From Myxococcota bacterium (GTDB taxonomy: Bacteria; Myxococcota; UBA4151), in contig JAYZBQ010000032.1 of NCBI GenBank assembly GCA_036338695.1, forward strand, positions 1 through 20,920: 20,920 bases of DNA. The letters run 5' to 3'. Below are positions 15,978 through 20,920 of this stretch, one piece after another. Position numbers and translations under genes: made by a program. Under the pieces are notes generated by a model. It was not told the DNA's origin and did no database searches. It saw nothing but the letters and a program-made list of their open reading frames with translations. Numbering within the stretch: position 1 is the stretch's first letter; every line of letters starts with the position of its first letter.

Positions 15978-15991
15978 TGAAACATGTTCTT
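15978..15991. promoter_or_regulatory. Palindromic operator-like site TGAAACATGTTCTT resembling the KstR motif TnnAACnnGTTnnA
   Basis: It has a perfect AACATGTT core at 15981-15988 and matches 7 of the 8 defined KstR positions. It is AT-rich in a GC-rich context and ends 8 nt before the ATG of the KshA-like gene. Confidence 0.45.
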
Positions 15992-15999
15992 GTCGGCGC

Positions 16000-16971
16000 A
16001 TGAGCGCAACAGACTCGGCTACCGGACTCCCCCGCTTCGAGGGTTACCCAAAGGGGTGGTTCGTCATCGGCTTCTCCGATGAGTATGGACCTGGCGACGT
16101 CCAAAAACTGCAGTATTTTGGTCAAGCGCTGGTGGCGTTTCGCGACGACACGGGGACCCTGCAGGTCAAAGATGGATACTGCCCCCACCTCGGGGCGCAC
16201 CTGGGCGCCGGGGGAAAGGTCGAAGGGACCTGCATCCGCTGCCCGTTTCACCACTGGCTGTTTGCGCAAGACGGTCGCTGCGTCGAGATCCCCTACACCG
16301 ACCGCAGGATCCCCAAAAAAGCGATCCTTAGGCCGTGGACGGTGCGTGAACAAGACGGCTTGATCTACCTCTGGCATCACCCGGAGCACACCGAACCGGA
16401 GTTCGATCTCCCGGTGATCCCGCGCAGTGAAGGCGACTGGCTGCCGTGGCGACATCACCGCCTCAGGCTGGCAACTCACAGCCGTGAGATCGTCGAGAAC
16501 GTCGTGGACATTGCGCACTTCAAATACGTCCACGGGACCCACGTCGAGCGTTTTGAGAACCGCTTTGAAGGCCATAAAGCGATCCAGATCAATCACGGGA
16601 CGGCGTATCCTCGTGGCGGCGGGAAAGATCGCTTTGCGCTTGAGGCGACGTACTTCGGTCCCGGCGTTCAGATCTCCGATATGCGGGGGGTACTCCACTC
16701 GGTCCTCGTCAATGCCCACACCATGATCGATGAGCACACGCTCGATCTACGCTTTGGTGTCTCACTGCGCCCGACGGGTCATGAGGAGCAGACCGCGCGC
16801 ATCGCCGAGCAGTACATCGACAACCTGACCCAGGGCTTCCTCGAGGACGTGGAGATCTGGGAGAACAAAACCTTCCGAGAGCTGCCGCTGCTATGCGCCC
16901 ATGACGGACCGATCATGAAGCTCCGTGCTTGGTACGCCCAATTTTATGCGCCGTACCCAGAAGTCCCCTAA
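16000..16971 (+). CDS. Rieske non-heme iron oxygenase, KshA (3-ketosteroid 9alpha-hydroxylase)/Neverland-like
   Basis: Motifs are 'YPKGWF', the Rieske ligands 'CPHLGAHL...CPFHHW', the mononuclear Fe site 'EIVENVVDIAHFKYVH' and 'EDVEIWENK', and the C-terminal 'DGPIMKLRAWYAQFY' typical of the KshA C-terminal domain. The start is placed at ATG 16000. Confidence 0.85.
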   Translation: MSATDSATGLPRFEGYPKGWFVIGFSDEYGPGDVQKLQYFGQALVAFRDDTGTLQVKDGYCPHLGAHLGAGGKVEGTCIRCPFHHWLFAQDGRCVEIPYTDRRIPKKAILRPWTVREQDGLIYLWHHPEHTEPEFDLPVIPRSEGDWLPWRHHRLRLATHSREIVENVVDIAHFKYVHGTHVERFENRFEGHKAIQINHGTAYPRGGGKDRFALEATYFGPGVQISDMRGVLHSVLVNAHTMIDEHTLDLRFGVSLRPTGHEEQTARIAEQYIDNLTQGFLEDVEIWENKTFRELPLLCAHDGPIMKLRAWYAQFYAPYPEVP

Positions 16972-17035
16972 AAATGCCGGGGGTTTGCCAAGTCACTGAG
17001 GTTTGATCTAAGAGCCTGGGTCGAAAGAGGTACCT

Positions 17036-17800
17036 GTGCTCCATCCTGCCTACGAAATCGTCGGTGATCGACACCATGAGCGACCGCTCGTGGTCACCTG
17101 CGAGCACGCCTCGAACCGCCTCCCCGAGGAGATCGAAGCGTCCCCCGAGGATCGCCCATGGCTCGAGACCCACTGGGGCTGGGACCCCGGCGCAGCGGCG
17201 GTGACGCGCGCCCTCATCGAGCACAAGGACTGCGTCGCCATCATGTCGCGCTTTTCGCGCCTCGTCTGCGACCCCAACCGACACGTCGAGGAGTGGGACT
17301 GGATCCGAGAGCGCTGCGAGGGCTACGAGCTCAGCTTCAACCGACACCTCAGCGATGAGGAACGCCAGCGCCGGCGAGCCACCTACCATGAGCCCTTTCA
17401 TGCGGAGATCGACGCCTGCCTGAGTGAGCGCCTGGCGCGCGGCGGCGACGTGCTCTTGCTGAGCATCCACTCGTTTACGCCGGTTCTTGGAGCCGAGGTG
17501 CGCCCCATGGAGATGGGCGTCCTCTTCGATCGGTTCGACCCGGTCGCCCACCGCTTCGCGCACCACCTGCGCGAGAACGGTTTTGTCACCGCCCTCAACG
17601 AGCCCTATTCGGGCAAGGAGGGCGCGATCTTCTCGGCAGGGCTGCATGGCTGCCGCCACGGTGTGATCTACCTTGAGCTCGAGATACGCCAAGACAGTAT
17701 CGATACGCCGCAGAAGGTCGCGGAGGTCGCCGAGCGTTTGGCGCGTGCCATCGACGCGCTGCAGATCCGCAACACCCCGCGCCAGCGACCGGCGTCCTAG
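17036..17800 (+). CDS. N-formylglutamate amidohydrolase family protein
   Basis: Motifs are 'VTCEHASN', 'HWGWDPGA', 'FSRLVCDPNR', 'SIHSFTP', 'NEPYSG' and 'ELEIRQD'. GAGG precedes the GTG start. Confidence 0.9.
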   Translation: MLHPAYEIVGDRHHERPLVVTCEHASNRLPEEIEASPEDRPWLETHWGWDPGAAAVTRALIEHKDCVAIMSRFSRLVCDPNRHVEEWDWIRERCEGYELSFNRHLSDEERQRRRATYHEPFHAEIDACLSERLARGGDVLLLSIHSFTPVLGAEVRPMEMGVLFDRFDPVAHRFAHHLRENGFVTALNEPYSGKEGAIFSAGLHGCRHGVIYLELEIRQDSIDTPQKVAEVAERLARAIDALQIRNTPRQRPAS

Positions 17801-18867
17801 GGCTCCTTCGCCGCCGGCGCCAAGAGCTCACCGTTGGCTTCACCCAAGGCAGGCGCCGGTCGAGTGACGGTTTCAGGGTCACTAAAAAAGGGCGGCGCAA
17901 CACGCTGTGATGCCCCTTCGCCGCGCCACGCGCCGCGCTGCTGATGCAGCGAGTGCGTCAACACCTCCTTGAGCTCCAAGACGGGCGTGACGCAAGCGGG
18001 CGCGAGCAGCTGCGCCCAGTCGTCTCGGCTGCGCTCAGCGAAGCGAGCAGCGAGTGACTCAGCGTCTTCTTCTACCGGACCGCCGAGCAGTTCACCGAGA
18101 CGCTCCCAGAAGCGGTCCTCGATCGCCGCGAGCGAGATCAAGCGATCATCCGCGCAGCGGTGCAGCCCATAACGCGCCCAGCCGCCCGTGAGAAAGGTCT
18201 GTCCAGGCGGTTGCTCATGCCCCTCCGCCGCCGCCGCCAGGAAGGGCGCCATCATCGCCAGCACCCCCTCGGTCATGCTCAGGTCAAGCCACCGACCGTC
18301 GCCGGTGCGCTCACGCGCAAACAACGCGCCACAGATCGTCATCGCCGCCGTGAGCGCGCCGCCCGCCAGATCAGCGATGGGGAGCGCTGGAAGCGCCGGG
18401 ACGCCGTCGTAACGAGCGCCTAAGCTCAGCGCCCCCGCCAAGCCGCAATAGCCGAGATCATGACCTGGCTCGTCGGCGCGCGGACCGGTCTGACCAAACC
18501 CTGAGATCGAGGCGATGATCAGGTGGGGATACTCTGCGCGCAAGGCTTGTGGATCGAGGCCTAGGCGCGCCATCACGCCGGGGCGAAAACTCTCGAGCAG
18601 CACGTCCGTCGTGCTCAGCATGGAGCGTAACTGCTCCTGGGCGGTGCGCTCCTTGAGATCGAGCGCCAGGCTCCGAGCGCCTGCGTTGATGGTGGTAAAC
18701 CAGATCGAGCGCCCCTGTGCGTCAAAGGGAGGGGAGTAGCGGAGGTAGTCGCCGACCTGCGGGTCTTCGACCTTGACGACCTGGGCTCCAAGGCCGCGCA
18801 GGTACCAGCTCGCCATCGGTCCCGGGAGCAACCGAGACAGGTCGAGGATTTTTACGCCCTCGAGCAT
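17797..18867 (-). CDS. CaiB/BaiF family III CoA-transferase / alpha-methylacyl-CoA racemase-like
   Basis: Motifs are 'LEGVKILDLSRLLPGP', 'ESFRPGVMARLGL', 'ISGFGQTGP', 'GHDLGY' and 'ADLAGG'. GGAGG precedes ATG 18867. Confidence 0.9.
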   Translation of the reverse strand: MLEGVKILDLSRLLPGPMASWYLRGLGAQVVKVEDPQVGDYLRYSPPFDAQGRSIWFTTINAGARSLALDLKERTAQEQLRSMLSTTDVLLESFRPGVMARLGLDPQALRAEYPHLIIASISGFGQTGPRADEPGHDLGYCGLAGALSLGARYDGVPALPALPIADLAGGALTAAMTICGALFARERTGDGRWLDLSMTEGVLAMMAPFLAAAAEGHEQPPGQTFLTGGWARYGLHRCADDRLISLAAIEDRFWERLGELLGGPVEEDAESLAARFAERSRDDWAQLLAPACVTPVLELKEVLTHSLHQQRGAWRGEGASQRVAPPFFSDPETVTRPAPALGEANGELLAPAAKEP

Positions 18868-19997
18868 GTGCGCCTCCGGCGCAGCCCGAGCCACGCAGCG
18901 AAAGCGAGCATCAGATCCGGCGGCAGCGCAGCGCAGCCACAGCCGCTCGGTGGCTCAATAGGTGCACCGGCGTCACCTGCGGGTCCTGCGTCAGGGGCAG
19001 GCGTCCAGAGCGCCTCGAGCTGATCCCAGCGGTCAACGCATTCAGCCTCCGGACAGAGGGAGCCCGTGAGCGATGAGAACGGATGCCGGGGGCGAAAGCC
19101 GCCCTCGATCCGCTCGAGGGTCAGGTGCCCGTCGTCGAGGTCCCCACAAGCGACCAGATCGGACCCCTTAGACGCCATGCAGTGCTCAGGCCCTTCAGCC
19201 GGCAGGAAGGGTCCGTCGCCGATCGCCTTGAGCGGCACCCCCGTCAGGGTGATGACCCAATGCTCATCACCATGCGTTCGTCCCTCTTGAACAGGCGTCG
19301 GAAGCTGCGCTCGGCGGCTGAGCGTGTCGTCGGCATCGACGATCCACAGCTCGCCCGCTGCGCCGCGCAACGCGGCGATGACCTTTCGACGCTCGCCAAG
19401 CTCGAGGTCGATGAAGCGTGGCTGATTCAGACCCTCGAGCACGGCGGCTAACGTCCACGTCTCGAGCGACGGATCGCTGATCCACAGGGCGGGGTCGGCG
19501 CCATCATCTTGGATGAGGGCGAGCACGACTTCGTCGGATGAGCGCACAACAAAATCCAGGAACTCGCCCTGAGGCAGCGGCTCGCCCCACAGCGCAAACC
19601 CTTGCCCTTCGTCGCGATGCAGCTGCCCAGGCGCCGGCAACCGCTGCGCGCGCGCCACCAGCGCATCGCCGAGTACCCGTAAGCCGTGCACCGGCTGACC
19701 TCGTAACGAGCCCTCGACAGGGCTCCAGCTGCAGCCCTTGTCATCGCTGGTGTAGAGGCCTGCGCGCGTCTCGGCGTACCAGGCGCCCCGATGCCAAAAG
19801 CCCTCAAACGGGAGGCTCGTGAGCGTATCAAAACAAGCCCAACCGAAGCCGTCTTCGGTCTTGGTGAGCAGCCCAAAGTTGGAGCTCACTGCGGCGAGGT
19901 CGTCGTCCTCAAAATAGAGCGCCTCCGCGGCGAGCTTCCCGCCATGCGCCCAGGCAGGCGCGCTGAAGAACACCATGAGTAAAAGCAGACGCGCCAT
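18852..19997 (-). CDS. Secreted BNR/Asp-box beta-propeller-like protein with MYXO-CTERM-like sorting tail
   Basis: ATG 19997 gives the signal peptide 'MARLLLLMVFFSAPAWA'. It has the Asp-box 'SDDKGCSW' and the C-terminal 'PDAGPAGDAG..SGCGCAALPPDLMLAFAAWLGLRRRR'. Confidence 0.72.
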   Translation of the reverse strand: MARLLLLMVFFSAPAWAHGGKLAAEALYFEDDDLAAVSSNFGLLTKTEDGFGWACFDTLTSLPFEGFWHRGAWYAETRAGLYTSDDKGCSWSPVEGSLRGQPVHGLRVLGDALVARAQRLPAPGQLHRDEGQGFALWGEPLPQGEFLDFVVRSSDEVVLALIQDDGADPALWISDPSLETWTLAAVLEGLNQPRFIDLELGERRKVIAALRGAAGELWIVDADDTLSRRAQLPTPVQEGRTHGDEHWVITLTGVPLKAIGDGPFLPAEGPEHCMASKGSDLVACGDLDDGHLTLERIEGGFRPRHPFSSLTGSLCPEAECVDRWDQLEALWTPAPDAGPAGDAGAPIEPPSGCGCAALPPDLMLAFAAWLGLRRRRTCSRA

Positions 19998-20028
19998 GTC
20001 CGGAGCAAAGCCGGTTTCGACTTCGCCG

Positions 20029-20919
20029 TCAATTCGCAGGCTCCCAGAGATGAATGGGCTCCGGCGCGTCGAGCGCCACGCGTACGGCGCCATCGACGAC
20101 CAGGCGCGAGCCGCTTGCGATGAGCCCGGCGTCGTCACCGCTGATCAGCGCAAGCTCAGCGTCGGTCTCCACGCGCCGCCCGCCGAGTGAGAGCACATCC
20201 GGCGCGCCTTCGCTGCGCAAGAGGATCAGGTCATCGACCGCATCACCCACCACGCGCCAAGCGACCACGCCCGCCGGCGCTTGAACCGCCTCGATCGTGA
20301 GGCTGTTGTCGCCGTCGGGAGAGGGCAAAAGAACGCTCAGGAAATGGGGGCTGCGTGCGGTCAAGACGCCATCGAGGACGTCGTGGTGCCCGTGTCCGTT
20401 GATGCTGTGCACGTAGGGAGCCTGATCCTCCTCAAAGGGCGGAGCTTCGAAGGCGACCTCCCCTTCCGTGCTGCCAAGCGCCACGTCCAGCCGCGCGGTC
20501 GGGGCTAAGAGCGTCGCTCGGTTGCCCTCAAAGCTCGAAGAGCCCTCAAAATCGCGCCCTACTCCGGCATGCAGGCGCCACCGGTACTCACGGTCTTGGT
20601 CCCCATCGACCTTGAGGCGATCCGCCACCACAAAGTAGCGCTGCCTGACAAAAGCCATGGCGCGTACAAAATCCGTCGCTTCGTAGCGCTGATGCGCCTC
20701 GGCATAAGCGAGCCGCTGACCATCTCGAGTGTGTCGCAAATAGGCGTCCGCTCCACCCCAATCGTTGAGCAAGCCCTTCCGGGGAGCGCCTGCGCCGTCC
20801 ACCAGGATGACGTTGTGCGCCGGCGCGTTGGCGGTGCGCGCGTTGTTCAGCTCGTTGGGTTTGTAATACCCGGTATCGATCACCAAATACTCACCGTACG
20901 CCTCGATGGAGAAGTGCGT
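20029..20919 (-). CDS. Heparinase II/III family (polysaccharide lyase-like) protein, C-terminal part; 5' end outside the window
   Basis: The frame is open to the window edge: 'THFSIEAYGEYLVIDTGYY...TANAPAHNVILVDG', followed by 'YFVVADRL' and 'YRWRLH', as in the Hepar_II_III domain. Confidence 0.75.
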   Translation of the reverse strand, partial: THFSIEAYGEYLVIDTGYYKPNELNNARTANAPAHNVILVDGAGAPRKGLLNDWGGADAYLRHTRDGQRLAYAEAHQRYEATDFVRAMAFVRQRYFVVADRLKVDGDQDREYRWRLHAGVGRDFEGSSSFEGNRATLLAPTARLDVALGSTEGEVAFEAPPFEEDQAPYVHSINGHGHHDVLDGVLTARSPHFLSVLLPSPDGDNSLTIEAVQAPAGVVAWRVVGDAVDDLILLRSEGAPDVLSLGGRRVETDAELALISGDDAGLIASGSRLVVDGAVRVALDAPEPIHLWEPAN

Positions 20920-20920
20920 C

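Noticed and set aside
19998..20138. Upstream extensions given by the ORF track (also 10109-10150, 10662-10733, 12990-13037, 15949-15999, 18868-18894)
   Set aside because: Downstream starts fit better with RBS, signal peptide, coupling or family length, and several extensions overlap neighbouring genes.

Overview
This is a densely coding, GC-rich bacterial window, most likely from a Myxococcota-like organism. The basis is a Myxococcus-type Cys-rich repeat (CGNG..EECD) and a MYXO-CTERM-like GCGC/TM/RRRR tail. About 20 CDSs are supported. In order: the 3' part of a large beta-helix/Cys-rich/RCC1-repeat protein coupled to a barrel-only Omp85-like gene; a Cys-rich lipoprotein with a MepA-like murein endopeptidase domain; a PI-PLC-like enzyme; a SAM methyltransferase; a hemolysin III protein; a lower-GC pstS-nptA two-gene phosphate unit preceded by a Pho-box-like 11-bp repeat; a ketosteroid-isomerase-like protein; DUF4399; ctaA; a coiled-coil lipoprotein; a lipase; a small outer-membrane barrel; murB; a KshA-like Rieske oxygenase preceded by a KstR-like palindrome; an N-formylglutamate amidohydrolase; a CaiB/AMACR-like enzyme; a MYXO-CTERM propeller protein; and a partial heparinase II/III protein. 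No RNA genes, CRISPR arrays or mobile elements were recognised. The best leads are the pstS+nptA unit lacking pstCAB, the passenger+Omp85 pair, and the KstR-like operator with dispersed steroid-type genes. All family calls come from motif recognition by eye, not database searches.
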